Source: a bacterium (lineage in GTDB: Bacteria > Bdellovibrionota_C > UBA2361 > SZUA-149 > JAEUWB01). From it: a stretch of DNA of 64,000 nucleotides. Position 1 is the stretch's first letter. Every line of letters begins with the position of its first letter. The stretch lies in NCBI GenBank assembly GCA_016786595.1, contig JAEUWB010000051.1:10098-74097 (forward strand), written 5' to 3'. The notes under the pieces were generated by a model. The model was given only the letters and a program-made list of their open reading frames with translations, was not told where the DNA came from and made no database searches. Of this stretch, positions 1 to 10,485 are shown piece by piece. Both the position numbers and the translations under genes were made by a program.

Positions 1-83
1 CGCACGAACTTTAAAGATGTTTTCTCCCTCAAGCTCAAGTAGCTCCGCTACTTGTTTAAGAGAGAAAATGATCTCGGAAAGAT

Positions 84-983
84 TTATACCCACGTTAGGA
101 AACGATGAAACTCAGGCGTATCGCCGTGAACAGTTTTTAAGTAATAGTCTTTAATTTGTTTGGTGATGGGGCCAACTGTGCCAGTGCCAATTGCGCGGTC
201 ATCAATTGAGCGAATCGGCACAACTTCAGCTGCCGTTCCCGTAAAGAAAGCCTCTTCGGCTTCAAAAGCCTCATCCAGTTTAAGTTGCTTTTCTACGATG
301 CTATAACCTAAGTGTTTTGCGATTTGAATTACGGAGTCTCGTGTTATTCCCGGGAGGATCGTCCCTAGGCTTGGCGTATAAAGAGTATTTTTCTTGATGA
401 TAAAGAAATTTTCACCTGGGCCTTCAGCAATATTACCTTGAAAATCCAAAAATAGGGCTTCGTGGTATTTAGTGCCTTCAACTTCCTGAGAGGCGAGAAT
501 ACTGTTGATGTAGTTACCGGCAATTTTTGCATCAGCAATTGAACTACGGGGGTCAATCCGAATATATTTACTGACTTTAAGATCAACCTGATCGTGCGGG
601 AGATAAGCGCCCCAAGGCCAACAGATCATCGAAACATCTCGGGTGGCTCCACGTGGATTTAAACCCATCTTACCTGAACCGTAATAGGCAATCGGCCGAA
701 TATAAGCTTCTTTAACTTCGTTTTTCCGGATCAAGTCACAAGCTGCTTGCGAGAGTTCTTCTGTCGAATAGGGAATCGTAAGCTTAATCGAATTTGCAGA
801 ATAAATTAAGCGCGTCATGTGTTCGCGTAAGCGAAAAATTGCAGGACCACGCTCAGTATTGTAGCAACGCACACCTTCAAACACGGAAGTGCCGTAATGC
901 AGGGCGTGAGTTAAGATGTGAACTTTCGCGTCCTCCCAGGGAATAAAATTACCGTTAAGCCAAATTAACTTTGTACTATTCAT
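84..983 (-). CDS. ilvE: Branched-chain amino acid aminotransferase (class IV PLP fold)
   Basis: 299 aa with an IlvE-like sequence throughout. Typical length and conserved blocks (EGxR..., GTAAEV, PIxxID). A 4-nt overlap with the ogt start suggests an operon. Confidence 0.8.
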   Translation of the reverse strand: MNSTKLIWLNGNFIPWEDAKVHILTHALHYGTSVFEGVRCYNTERGPAIFRLREHMTRLIYSANSIKLTIPYSTEELSQAACDLIRKNEVKEAYIRPIAYYGSGKMGLNPRGATRDVSMICWPWGAYLPHDQVDLKVSKYIRIDPRSSIADAKIAGNYINSILASQEVEGTKYHEALFLDFQGNIAEGPGENFFIIKKNTLYTPSLGTILPGITRDSVIQIAKHLGYSIVEKQLKLDEAFEAEEAFFTGTAAEVVPIRSIDDRAIGTGTVGPITKQIKDYYLKTVHGDTPEFHRFLTWV

Positions 984-1480
984 GCAACCACCTTTCCGTT
1001 CTTGATTTGCAGGCCTTCATGCTTTAATAATTTTTCTTTTATACCTACACCGCAGGCAAAGCCAGTCATTTTGCCAGTGCTACCCACGACACGGTGGCAA
1101 GGAATTACTAATAGTAATGGATTTTTGTTTAACGCATTTCCAACTGCCCGAGCTGCTTGAGGTTTTTTGACCATTTTTGCCAGTTCTCCGTATGTAATAA
1201 CTTTCCCAGCTGGTATCATTTTAAGTTTACTAAATACTGTTTTTTGAAATGGAGTAAATTGGGCATCGATCGGGAGTTTTTTTACTGGGCTAAAATTCCC
1301 CTGCTGGAAAGCCTTAAATGCAGTGTCAATTTGTTTGCCTAATTTTGTATTTGGGAGTTTTGAAAGAGTTTGTTTGGGCTTCACCGCGGAAACTGATTTA
1401 ATCCCGCGCGCAGTTATTTCAATGTAAAACTTGCCAGTGGGTGAGGAGACTGCGAATGTTTGAGTTGATATGTTTTTCAT
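980..1480 (-). CDS. ogt: Methylated-DNA-protein-cysteine methyltransferase
   Basis: 166 aa. The C-terminal domain carries the PCHRV active-site motif and the TYGELA helix typical of MGMT/Ogt. Confidence 0.85.
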   Translation of the reverse strand: MKNISTQTFAVSSPTGKFYIEITARGIKSVSAVKPKQTLSKLPNTKLGKQIDTAFKAFQQGNFSPVKKLPIDAQFTPFQKTVFSKLKMIPAGKVITYGELAKMVKKPQAARAVGNALNKNPLLLVIPCHRVVGSTGKMTGFACGVGIKEKLLKHEGLQIKNGKVVA

Positions 1481-1695
1481 AGTCCTTACTCCTAGTTTGA
1501 ATTATACGATACACCCGCGACGCGGGAGATTGCCACGACCGCTAACACGGCCTCGCAATGACACGTCGTGCGAGAGGATTTCAGTTTTGAAAAAGACGAG
1601 GCGCGGAAATTTTTCAGGATTTCCAATGTATTGTAATACATGAAATCTGAAAAAATGTTCTGCAACGAAGTATTTTTCCAAAATTGGAATCCTTT

Positions 1696-4143
1696 TTAGA
1701 AGGCAAAACATAGTTGAATTATCGCCTGCTGCTCCAGCGCATGCGCCTTGGGTGAGCCTGTTGCAGGGCTTGCACTAGCTGAGCGCTTTACTGTGCGCAC
1801 AGTTTTATCACCTGCTAAACGGTCTAAGAAAGGCTTCACAAAAAATAGCGCACCCATATTTGCTGGCTCTTCTTGGACCCAGACAATTGAATTAGCTCTA
1901 GTGTAGCGGTCTAGTTCGATGCGTAACTCTTCCTCTGGAAAGGGGTAAAGTTGTTCGAGGCGGACAATTGCCACGCGGCGATCGTCACGTTTGCGACGCT
2001 CTTCTGTTAGTTCGTGAGAGATCTTGCCTGAGCAGATCAGCACGCGCTCTGCTTCAAAATGCTCTGCATCTCCAATTACCGTCTGAAACTGTCCATTTTC
2101 AAGTTCACTTACGGGAACAGTTGCTGGAGCTGCTCGGAGCATGCTCTTAGGCGTCATGACAATCAGTGGTTTTCTCCAAGGGCGTTTAACTTGTCTTCTC
2201 AACAAATGAAAGTGCTGGCCGGCATTAGAAGGCACGCAAACCTGCATATTATCCTCGCCGCAAAGTTGTAGGAAGCGTTCAAGTCGGGCACTTGAATGCT
2301 CTGGGCCTTGCCCTTCAAACCCATGCGGGAGAAGTAAGACTAAACCAGAAAGTAATCCCCATTTGTCTTCACCTGCCGAGAGAAACTGATCGATGATGAT
2401 TTGCGCACCATTTACAAAGTCGCCAAATTGAGCTTCCCAGCAAACAAGGGCCTCTGGGTAGTCACGACTAAATCCGTATTCGAAGCCAACAGCAGCGGCT
2501 TCAGAAAGTTGGGAATCGTAGACTGCAAAGCGGGACTGGTTATTGTTTAACTGGCGCAGCCCAATATATTCTTGATTTGTTTTCATGTCGTATTGGACGG
2601 CATGACGATGGTTAAATGTACCGCGGCGACTATCTTGACCGACAAGACGCACTGGATGGCCTTCAAGTAGTAATGATCCAAAAGCAAAAAGCTCAGCTGC
2701 TCCCCAGTCCACATTGCGTTTGCCTTGAGACATTTCAATGCGTTGTTCCAGAAGTTTTAAGACCTTCGGGTGGCAGTTGAAATTCTCAGGCGTTTTACAA
2801 ATCGTATTGGCAATTTGCTGAATTGTCTCCAGCGCTACTCCGGTACGTGCCTCATATTCTTTTTTATAGATGCCACCTTCATAGCCGTTCCAGTATTCAG
2901 GGAGCACAAAGTAGGTGGGCTTTTCTTTATAAGTTCTGCCCTCGTCAAGGTCATGGCTATAGACTGTGGTAATTTCTTCTTCAATCTTGGCAAGCTTCTC
3001 TTTGGTGTAGCCAATTTGCTCAGCATAGATTTTATAAAGTTGTGGACGCTTCTTTAGCGCCTCATAGAGCACTGGAGAAGTTGCTGTCGGGTCGTCGGCT
3101 TCGTTGTGTCCGTATTTGCGATAACCAATCGAATCAATCAGCACGTCATCTTTAAATTCATGACGGTAATTAAACGCAAGCTCGGCAACACGCACCGCTG
3201 CATCAACTTCTTCACCGTTCACGTGAAAAATTGGTGCGGGCAGTCGTTTCATAGCGTCAGATGCGAAGCGTGATGAATGCAATGAACTTGGCACTGCAGT
3301 GAATCCCATTAAATTATTAGTAATGATCTGAATTGTTCCGCCGATGTTAAAGCCACGGAGTTGAGCAAAGTTTAATGTTTCAGCAGTAATCCCTTGGCCA
3401 GCAAAGGCAGCGTCTCCATGTAGAATAATGCAAAGGACTTTCTCGTGCTTAGTATCGTGGAGGCGCTCCTGGCGCGCGCGCGCACGTCCCATGATTACAG
3501 GATTGACTGCTTCAAGATGGCTGGGATTTGAAGAAAGATGCACACGGATAGTTTTGCCATCGGGCGTTTCGTAGACTCCGTTTGCGCCGCGATGATACTT
3601 TACGTCACCACTACCAAGCACACTTTTGGGGTCAACATCTTCAAAATCTGCAAAAATCTTTGCAGGAGAAGAACCGAGGCAGTGTGAAATGACTGTTAAG
3701 CGTCCACGGTGCGCCATCGCAATCATCGCAATATCGTAATTGGCTTCAGCGGCAAGTGTGAGAATGCGATCCATTATTGGAATAATTGCAGCGCTACCTT
3801 CGAGTGAGAAACGTTTGGCCGCAACATAACGTGTATGCAAAAACCCCTCGAAAAGTTCTGCTGAAGCAAGTCGCTTAAGCACCCATTCTCTATTTTTTGG
3901 GGAAGCTTTTGTGTTCTCTAGTTCGTTAGTAATCCACTCGACTCGATCGCGAAACGGGATGTGCATGAACTCAGCACCGATCGGGCCACAGTAGATCTTC
4001 TCGAGTCTTTCTCTCTCGGAAGGATCGATTTTTAATTCGGCAATATCAGGATGTGTAATCGGTTCTAAACGATTGAAATAATCAAGATTTGCTTTGAGGT
4101 ATCCCCAGGATCGGTATGCAGTTAGAGCTGTATTTTTCGACAT
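1696..4143 (-). CDS. sucA: 2-oxoglutarate dehydrogenase E1 component, short form lacking the N-terminal extension
   Basis: 815 aa. Matches OGDH E1 from the YCGPIGAEFMHI block onward, with the ThDP-binding region present. There is no adjacent sucB or lpd. Confidence 0.75.
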   Translation of the reverse strand: MSKNTALTAYRSWGYLKANLDYFNRLEPITHPDIAELKIDPSERERLEKIYCGPIGAEFMHIPFRDRVEWITNELENTKASPKNREWVLKRLASAELFEGFLHTRYVAAKRFSLEGSAAIIPIMDRILTLAAEANYDIAMIAMAHRGRLTVISHCLGSSPAKIFADFEDVDPKSVLGSGDVKYHRGANGVYETPDGKTIRVHLSSNPSHLEAVNPVIMGRARARQERLHDTKHEKVLCIILHGDAAFAGQGITAETLNFAQLRGFNIGGTIQIITNNLMGFTAVPSSLHSSRFASDAMKRLPAPIFHVNGEEVDAAVRVAELAFNYRHEFKDDVLIDSIGYRKYGHNEADDPTATSPVLYEALKKRPQLYKIYAEQIGYTKEKLAKIEEEITTVYSHDLDEGRTYKEKPTYFVLPEYWNGYEGGIYKKEYEARTGVALETIQQIANTICKTPENFNCHPKVLKLLEQRIEMSQGKRNVDWGAAELFAFGSLLLEGHPVRLVGQDSRRGTFNHRHAVQYDMKTNQEYIGLRQLNNNQSRFAVYDSQLSEAAAVGFEYGFSRDYPEALVCWEAQFGDFVNGAQIIIDQFLSAGEDKWGLLSGLVLLLPHGFEGQGPEHSSARLERFLQLCGEDNMQVCVPSNAGQHFHLLRRQVKRPWRKPLIVMTPKSMLRAAPATVPVSELENGQFQTVIGDAEHFEAERVLICSGKISHELTEERRKRDDRRVAIVRLEQLYPFPEEELRIELDRYTRANSIVWVQEEPANMGALFFVKPFLDRLAGDKTVRTVKRSASASPATGSPKAHALEQQAIIQLCFAF

Positions 4144-4352
4144 AAGTATTAAAAAACAAACAAAATTTAAGCGGACTATAAGTATTAAGGATATGCCGAC
4201 AAGTCAAATTTTACTTAATTTGGCTGGTATACCTATTGCCAAAAGTTTTCTTGGGTAAAGAAACTTTCGCCAACGCGGTTGTATGTATTTGTCCAGTAAA
4301 ATTAGTTTACTGGACGGTTAGGGATTGCCGTATGAAGCTAGACTGTTTTGCT

Positions 4353-6161
4353 CTAAGAACGTTGGTTAGCTGGAAGAATATTCTTACGCAGGCGAATTGA
4401 AACCGGAGTAACTTCAATAGATTCGTCGTCGCGGATGAATTCAATCGCAAGCTCAATATTCATTGGCTGAACTGGACTTAAAAGCACGTTATCATCTTTT
4501 CCGGATGCACGGACGTTGGTCAATTTCTTAGTTTTACAAGGATTGACGTTAAGATCGTTATCACGGTTATGCTCACCGACAATCATGCCTTCATAGACAG
4601 GAACGCCAGGAGGAACAAAGAGCACTCCACGCGGTTCGAGATGGAAGAGGGCATAAGGAATCGTATCACCATTACGGTCGGAGACAAGTGAGCCAGTCAC
4701 ACGGCTTGGAAAATCACCCCGGAATTCTTCATAGCCGAGTAAATATGAGTTCATAATTCCTGTGCCACGTGTGTCGGTTAGAAATTCAGTGCGATAACCG
4801 ATTAAGCCACGTGAAGGCACAGAAAACTCAACACGCACGCGTCCAGTGCCGTGATTGATTAAGTTGAGCATGCGTCCTTTACGGATTGATAGTTTTTCGG
4901 TGACAACCCCGATAAACTGCTCATCGGCATCGATAAAAAGATGCTCAATCGGTTCGTGTTTTTGTCCGTTAATTTCTCTATAGATAATCTGCGGCTTGCC
5001 GATCGTAAGCTCGTAGCCTTCACGGCGCATAGTTTCAACGAGAATTGCCATTTGGAATTCGCCGCGCCCTTTGACCGTAAAGCTTTCGCTGCCAGCTACC
5101 TCTTCAACGCGGATAGCAACGTTATGTAGCGCTTCTTTTTGTAAGCGTTCTAGAATCTTGCGAGATTGCACAAATTTTCCTTCACGTCCGGCAAGCGGGG
5201 AGGTGTTAGGCCCGAAGGTCATTGACATCGTCGGCTCGTCAACTGTGACGCGGGGCAGTGCTTTTGGGTTTTCTTTAACGCAGACAGTATCGCCAATTTC
5301 AGCATCTTCAATGCCAGAAAGAACAATTACGTCTCCAGGATGAGCTGCTTGACTTTCGCGAAAAGCAACACCTTCGTAGGTTTGAATTTTTGAGACGCGT
5401 AAAGGGACGATATCTCCGTGCTTATTTAAGCAGACAAGCTGATCGTTTACCTTAGCACTACCGTTATAGACGCGTCCGATCGCAAGTCTCCCAAGATAGT
5501 CAGAGTAGCCGATATTGATCACTAGCATCTGAAAAGGTTCACTCGTGTCGTATGTTGGAGGTGGAACGGTTTGGATAATTGCTTCAAATAATGGTCTGAG
5601 GTCCGAACTCTCATCAGTCAGAGATTTTTTCGCCATGCCTTCGCGACCAATTGCATAGAGTACGGGAAAATCGATTTGATCTTCATTTGCATCGAGATCG
5701 ATAAAGAGATCGTAAATTTCATTTAAAACTTCTTGAGGGCGAGCATCTTGCCGGTCGATCTTGTTAATCACAGCGATGATTGGCAATTTTGCTTCAAGTG
5801 CTTTACGCAGCACGAAACGAGTCTGTGGTAAGGGTCCTTCGGAACTATCAACCAGCAGAATTGCCCCATCTACCATTTTTAACGCCCGCTCTACTTCACC
5901 TCCGAAATCAGCGTGTCCAGGAGTATCGACAATATTAATTTTAATGTCACCGTAACGAATCGAACAGTTTTTTGCGGCAATCGTAATCCCGCGTTCGCGT
6001 TCTAGATCCATCGAATCCATTAAGCGTTCAGCAACATCTTGGTTTTCTCGGAATGTTCCGCTTTGGCGTAAGAGATGATCGACAAGTGTGGTTTTGCCAT
6101 GGTCGACGTGAGCGATGATGGCAATATTACGGATCTTATTGTTTTGTGCAGTTGTACTCAT
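4353..6161 (-). CDS. typA: Translational GTPase TypA/BipA
   Basis: 602 aa. The N-terminus [13 protein letters not shown], then DTPGH and NKID GTPase motifs, and an EF-G-like domain order match TypA/BipA. Confidence 0.9.
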   Translation of the reverse strand: MSTTAQNNKIRNIAIIAHVDHGKTTLVDHLLRQSGTFRENQDVAERLMDSMDLERERGITIAAKNCSIRYGDIKINIVDTPGHADFGGEVERALKMVDGAILLVDSSEGPLPQTRFVLRKALEAKLPIIAVINKIDRQDARPQEVLNEIYDLFIDLDANEDQIDFPVLYAIGREGMAKKSLTDESSDLRPLFEAIIQTVPPPTYDTSEPFQMLVINIGYSDYLGRLAIGRVYNGSAKVNDQLVCLNKHGDIVPLRVSKIQTYEGVAFRESQAAHPGDVIVLSGIEDAEIGDTVCVKENPKALPRVTVDEPTMSMTFGPNTSPLAGREGKFVQSRKILERLQKEALHNVAIRVEEVAGSESFTVKGRGEFQMAILVETMRREGYELTIGKPQIIYREINGQKHEPIEHLFIDADEQFIGVVTEKLSIRKGRMLNLINHGTGRVRVEFSVPSRGLIGYRTEFLTDTRGTGIMNSYLLGYEEFRGDFPSRVTGSLVSDRNGDTIPYALFHLEPRGVLFVPPGVPVYEGMIVGEHNRDNDLNVNPCKTKKLTNVRASGKDDNVLLSPVQPMNIELAIEFIRDDESIEVTPVSIRLRKNILPANQRS

Positions 6162-6183
6162 AGGAGCGGGGGGTCATATTGAA

Positions 6184-7512
6184 TTATTTGGATTCTGGCA
6201 AGTTCCATGCTGCAATTGCCACAACTGTCAGTTGTGCGATGCAACCGACAAGAAATGAGAACATTGCGATTGTAAGACCGCTGGATGATTGAGTAAAAAC
6301 TCCATAACCAAGCACAATCAATAGACTTAGCACCATAGCAATCACGCCATAGGTCATATTTTTTGTTTTTCCAGCCGCAATATTTAATCCTTCGTAATAG
6401 TTAGCTAGCGCTGCAGAGAGTGGTAAACAGAAACAAATCCACAGCGAATTGACGCCTTGTTTGGCTAATTCTGGCTCAAGCCCTGAAATGTCTTCAAACC
6501 AAAGACGGGCAAGGGGACTGATTAAAAACAGTAAAAATCCTAAAGTCGTATAAAAACCGATCCAAAGTGTGAAGCGACGAATTGCAGGTCGTGACTCAGG
6601 ATAGCGCGCTAGGGCAATAATTAATTCGCAGAGGGAAACGCCAAATGAGCGAAAAATAAAAAGCGGACTTCCTGCAGCGGCCCAAACAGCTAAAGAATTA
6701 ATTGCATCAGGCATGCGCGTTACCGCAGCTGCTGTAACGGGTCGCGACATGATCCAAATAATAGTTCCAATGGCCAAGGGCATATAGAATTTCATGAAAG
6801 AGTTAAATGACAGCTTATCGGTCTCGGCCGTATGGGAGTCAGGGAGGGTTGCTGCAATTGGCCGAGAGTAATACACAACGTAAAGCATTTCGCAGACAAC
6901 GCCGCAGGAAAGTGCCAAGCCAATCATCATGCTGCCATTAATTAATTCAGGGAAAGTTTTTTCTAGGAGAATACAGGCAACGCAAGCTAGCGTCCCGGCA
7001 AGTAGACGCACGAATGTTCCCGCGCCAATTGCCCGGGTTTTCCCTGTATAAATCAAGACCCCTTGATAGAAGCGTCGGATTGCAATCGACCAGGTCCAAG
7101 GAATCAATACGATTAAGGCTGTTTGCGTTAGATCGTAGAGCTCATCAGGTGTTGCGATCAGATGCTCTGAGACAAATCCATAGAATGGTTCGAACGAAAT
7201 TAAGATATGCAGCGCTGTGAGGCTTCCACCAATCCACATCGTGTAGCGAAAAACTTTGTGTAATGCGTCTTTGTTTACGCAAAGCGCTGTCGAGGCTGAA
7301 AGTAGCGCAATCACTGGGGCTTCAATCGTCATCGCAATCGGTAGGGCAATTCCTCCGGCAGCCGCGATATGTATTTTAGGATCAGCTAAATACGAAAGTG
7401 CAAAAGTAATTAAGGGAAATTCTAAGCCCATCATTAGCCAACTTAGCGCCATGGGAATCCAAACTGGAATGATTTCAGCAATCGTAGTTGGAGGTTTTTT
7501 GAAGTGGAGCAT
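6184..7512 (-). CDS. Polytopic membrane transporter, MATE/MOP-superfamily-like
   Basis: 442 aa with about 12 predicted TM segments. The N-terminal region resembles MATE efflux or Wzx-type flippases. The family assignment is tentative. Confidence 0.4.
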   Translation of the reverse strand: MLHFKKPPTTIAEIIPVWIPMALSWLMMGLEFPLITFALSYLADPKIHIAAAGGIALPIAMTIEAPVIALLSASTALCVNKDALHKVFRYTMWIGGSLTALHILISFEPFYGFVSEHLIATPDELYDLTQTALIVLIPWTWSIAIRRFYQGVLIYTGKTRAIGAGTFVRLLAGTLACVACILLEKTFPELINGSMMIGLALSCGVVCEMLYVVYYSRPIAATLPDSHTAETDKLSFNSFMKFYMPLAIGTIIWIMSRPVTAAAVTRMPDAINSLAVWAAAGSPLFIFRSFGVSLCELIIALARYPESRPAIRRFTLWIGFYTTLGFLLFLISPLARLWFEDISGLEPELAKQGVNSLWICFCLPLSAALANYYEGLNIAAGKTKNMTYGVIAMVLSLLIVLGYGVFTQSSSGLTIAMFSFLVGCIAQLTVVAIAAWNLPESK

Positions 7513-7517
7513 TAGCG

Positions 7518-8336
7518 TTAGCGGTTAAGAATTAAAAGAACCAAGAGCCCTAACCCAATTCGGTAGAATGCGAATGGTTTCAAGGAATGGGTGGAGAGGA
7601 ATGTGATTAAAAAGCGAATTGCAAAGATTGAAACAATAAATGCGGTGATAAACCCAGTTGCAAAAATAATCAGATCATTGGCACTCAAAAATTCCCGGTG
7701 GCTCACCAGGTCATAAACGGAAATTACTGAAATAATAGGCACTGCAGCGAAAAATGAAAATTCTGCTGCAGTTTTACGATCAAGCCCTGCCAGTATGCCG
7801 CCAACAATTGTACTTGCTGCGCGAGACATTCCCGGCCAGAGCGAGAAACACTGAAACAACCCAATATAGAAAGCTTGATGATAAGTGATGTGATCAAGGC
7901 TTGCGGTGCGACTCCGATGCTTTGTTTGTTCAACCGCAAGCATTAAGATTGCACCTGCAATTAAGCCAATCGCCACAACGAGTGGGTCGAAAAGCAGTTT
8001 AATCTCTTTGCGTAAAAGATAACCGATCACTAGTGCTGGCATCGAGCAAATGCAGAGCAACAGTAGTGCGCGAACCCCACTGAATGTATTGGAGCTTAAG
8101 GAATTTTCACTTGATAACTTGAGGTTAAATAAGGACCGAAAACGGTCTTGATAGAGCACAATCACTGCAAGGATTGCTCCGAATTGGATTGCGACTTCGA
8201 ATACATCAGCAAATTCACCAGTAAAGTTAAGCGAATTACCGCAAAGAATTAAGTGTCCAGTGCTTGAGACTGGAATAAACTCAGTTAGTCCTTCGACTAT
8301 TCCCAAGATAGCGGCTTTTAGGATATCGGTTAACAT
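7518..8336 (-). CDS. uppP: Undecaprenyl-diphosphate phosphatase
   Basis: Carries the EGLTEFIPVSSTGHL signature of BacA/UppP. I chose the ATG at 8336; the ORF track extends to a GTG at 8372. Confidence 0.85.
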   Translation of the reverse strand: MLTDILKAAILGIVEGLTEFIPVSSTGHLILCGNSLNFTGEFADVFEVAIQFGAILAVIVLYQDRFRSLFNLKLSSENSLSSNTFSGVRALLLLCICSMPALVIGYLLRKEIKLLFDPLVVAIGLIAGAILMLAVEQTKHRSRTASLDHITYHQAFYIGLFQCFSLWPGMSRAASTIVGGILAGLDRKTAAEFSFFAAVPIISVISVYDLVSHREFLSANDLIIFATGFITAFIVSIFAIRFLITFLSTHSLKPFAFYRIGLGLLVLLILNR

Positions 8337-8374
8337 CTGCAGATTTTTAACATAGGAACGAGTTTCACACACGT

Positions 8375-9025
8375 ATGGATTTAAGTTTTAACCCAGTTGA
8401 GTTGATCTTGCACATCGATAAGCACTTGCAAGAAGTTGTTAATTTTTGTGGTCCCTGGACCTACGTAATTCTTTTCTTGGTGATTTTTTGTGAAACAGGA
8501 TTGGTGGTCACACCTTTCTTGCCTGGCGATTCATTACTTTTCGCAATTGGAGCGCTTGCGGGGATTTCAGTTTTAGATATTAAAATCGTGATTCCACTTT
8601 TGTTTGTTGCTGCAGTTGTTGGTGACGCTGTAAATTATAGCATTGGTCGCTATCTTGGTCCTGCCGCATTTGATCATCCTAAATTAAAACCTTTCTTAAA
8701 GCCGCAATACTTACGTAAGACCGAGGAGTTTTATGAACGCTACGGTGGCAAGGCAATTGTGATTGCCCGCTTCGTTCCGATCGTTCGAACACTCGCGCCA
8801 TTTTTAGCTGGCGTAGGTAAGATGAACTATAAGAAGTTCTCTTTTTACAATATATCTGGTGGGGCTGTTTGGGTACTCTCGCTGACAATCGCAGGCTATT
8901 TATTTGGTGAATTGCCGATCGTAAAAAATAATTTTGGTCTTGTCGTGATTGGTATTATTATCGTCTCTGTGATGCCAGCTGTGTTTGAGTATATTAAGGC
9001 ATCTCGTGAGGCACGAACGGCTTAG
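8375..9025 (+). CDS. DedA/SNARE-associated family membrane protein
   Basis: 216 aa with the FCETGLVVTPFLPGDSLLF motif characteristic of the DedA family. It is divergent from uppP. Confidence 0.8.
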   Translation: MDLSFNPVELILHIDKHLQEVVNFCGPWTYVILFLVIFCETGLVVTPFLPGDSLLFAIGALAGISVLDIKIVIPLLFVAAVVGDAVNYSIGRYLGPAAFDHPKLKPFLKPQYLRKTEEFYERYGGKAIVIARFVPIVRTLAPFLAGVGKMNYKKFSFYNISGGAVWVLSLTIAGYLFGELPIVKNNFGLVVIGIIIVSVMPAVFEYIKASREARTA

Positions 9026-9031
9026 TAGAAG

Positions 9032-9700
9032 ATGAAACGTATTCTCGAACCTGAATTAATGGAAGATTTAGCGCAAGCCTCGGCATATCACTATGCTAAT
9101 TTCAGTGAATCGCATGGTCGCAGAGTTGAAATCTTTAAGCAGTGTTTCCCAGGGGTAAAATTAGACAAAAAGGTTCTAGATTTAGGTTCTGGCTCAGGCG
9201 ATGTGTTGTTTCGATTTGTCCGAGCGTTTCCTGAGGCAGGCTTTATTGGCGTTGATGGTTCAAGGGCAATGCTTGATATTGCAAACTCTGAGATTGAGAA
9301 GGATGCAGATTTGCTACGCAGAGTTACTATGCATTTAGCGACCATTCCTTCGCCAAGTATCCCTAGATTCCCCTATCAATTAGTGATGAGTCATAGCTTG
9401 TTGCATCACTTGCACGACCCACAAGTGCTTTGGGATACCGTCAGAACATTTACACCGAGTGGCGGGGCTATTTTTATTGCTGATTTGCAGCGCCCAGCTT
9501 CCGTTGAAGCAGCAGAAAAAATTGTCGAAGAATTATCTGCTAATGAACCTGAGGTGCTTAAACGAGATTTTTTTAATTCGCTTTGTGCTGCTTTTGAGCC
9601 AGAGGAAATTTATGAACAACTTTGTAAAAGTGGGCTCGAGCATCTAAAGATTGAAGCAGTTGGGCCAATCCACCAAGTCGTCTATGGCAGGCTCGGATAA
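9032..9700 (+). CDS. Class I SAM-dependent methyltransferase
   Basis: 222 aa. The VLDLGSGSGD glycine-rich motif I indicates a SAM-binding methyltransferase. Confidence 0.6.
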   Translation: MKRILEPELMEDLAQASAYHYANFSESHGRRVEIFKQCFPGVKLDKKVLDLGSGSGDVLFRFVRAFPEAGFIGVDGSRAMLDIANSEIEKDADLLRRVTMHLATIPSPSIPRFPYQLVMSHSLLHHLHDPQVLWDTVRTFTPSGGAIFIADLQRPASVEAAEKIVEELSANEPEVLKRDFFNSLCAAFEPEEIYEQLCKSGLEHLKIEAVGPIHQVVYGRLG

Positions 9701-10485
9701 AGAATAATTCGCGAAGGTGCGGCATCTGTCTTGAAGTGGGGGATTTGGATTGCAACCAAGTAATTCCCATCTTTAATGCTTTCAGGCACGTAAACCATTT
9801 CTGTAATTGTGGCATCCCTGCGTTCACCTGAGGTAAGCTCTCTTACCCCTGGAAGTACATTCCAAAAAATTCGATGATTACTGAGTAGTCCCTGATCGGC
9901 AGCACGATCGACTGAGGGGAGATCCACTAAGAGATGTCTTACTTTACGCTCAACGATAAACTGCATGGCCTCATTTGTGAAAAATGGCGCAGCTTGAATG
10001 CTGTAGTTGCGCGAACATTTCGTTTGGTCGTTAGGCTGTGTGCGGATGATCAGTGCCGAGGTAGTAGCCTCTGAGTTTAAAGCGTCCTCCAATTGTTGAC
10101 GAGTGATTAAGCGGTCGTCAGCTTCAATTGTTGGCAAATAATGCTCAACTGTTGTTGTCTCGGGAGTTACAGAAATTAATTTAGCGTTAAAAGTTAAGTC
10201 TAGGCCGAGCACATCACAGATGGGAATTGCGTCTGAGAGGAGATGCGCAATACTTTCAGTGTGGGTGCCATTGCAGTGCGTAGTTAAGCTATATTGCTCG
10301 CAATTGAGGTAGCCACCACGACTAACTGAAGCGATGAAATTTTCTGCTTGAAGTGGTCGAGCGGTTGCGAGCTCGGCCCCATAAGCATTGGGTTGCAGAC
10401 CGTTGAAATAAAGTGGAATTGAAATTTCAATTCCCTCGCGCAACTGACGATCGCTTAAAATTCCTTTTGCATCTGGGCTACTCAC
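9682..10485 (-). CDS. kynB: Cyclase-family kynurenine formamidase (arylformamidase)
   Basis: 267 aa. Has an HxxGTHxxxxxH-like motif (HCNGTHTESIAH) as in cyclase/KynB enzymes. It is the last gene of the kynurenine operon. The function is inferred partly from context. Confidence 0.5.
   Translation of the reverse strand: MSSPDAKGILSDRQLREGIEISIPLYFNGLQPNAYGAELATARPLQAENFIASVSRGGYLNCEQYSLTTHCNGTHTESIAHLLSDAIPICDVLGLDLTFNAKLISVTPETTTVEHYLPTIEADDRLITRQQLEDALNSEATTSALIIRTQPNDQTKCSRNYSIQAAPFFTNEAMQFIVERKVRHLLVDLPSVDRAADQGLLSNHRIFWNVLPGVRELTSGERRDATITEMVYVPESIKDGNYLVAIQIPHFKTDAAPSRIILYPSLP

Noticed and set aside
1968-3057. Several 60-95-aa ORFs in the six-frame track lying antisense or out of frame inside sucA (1968..2150, 2059..2271, 2770..3057, 2835..3026).
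   Set aside because: They are fully embedded in a well-supported long CDS and have no motifs. They are typical random ORFs in coding DNA.
8337-8372. Upstream GTG extension of uppP (to 8372), which would place its start 2 nt from the dedA start.
   Set aside because: The ATG at 8336 aligns with the conserved UppP N-terminus (MLTDILKAAILGI...) and leaves a plausible divergent promoter. The longer form is unlikely.
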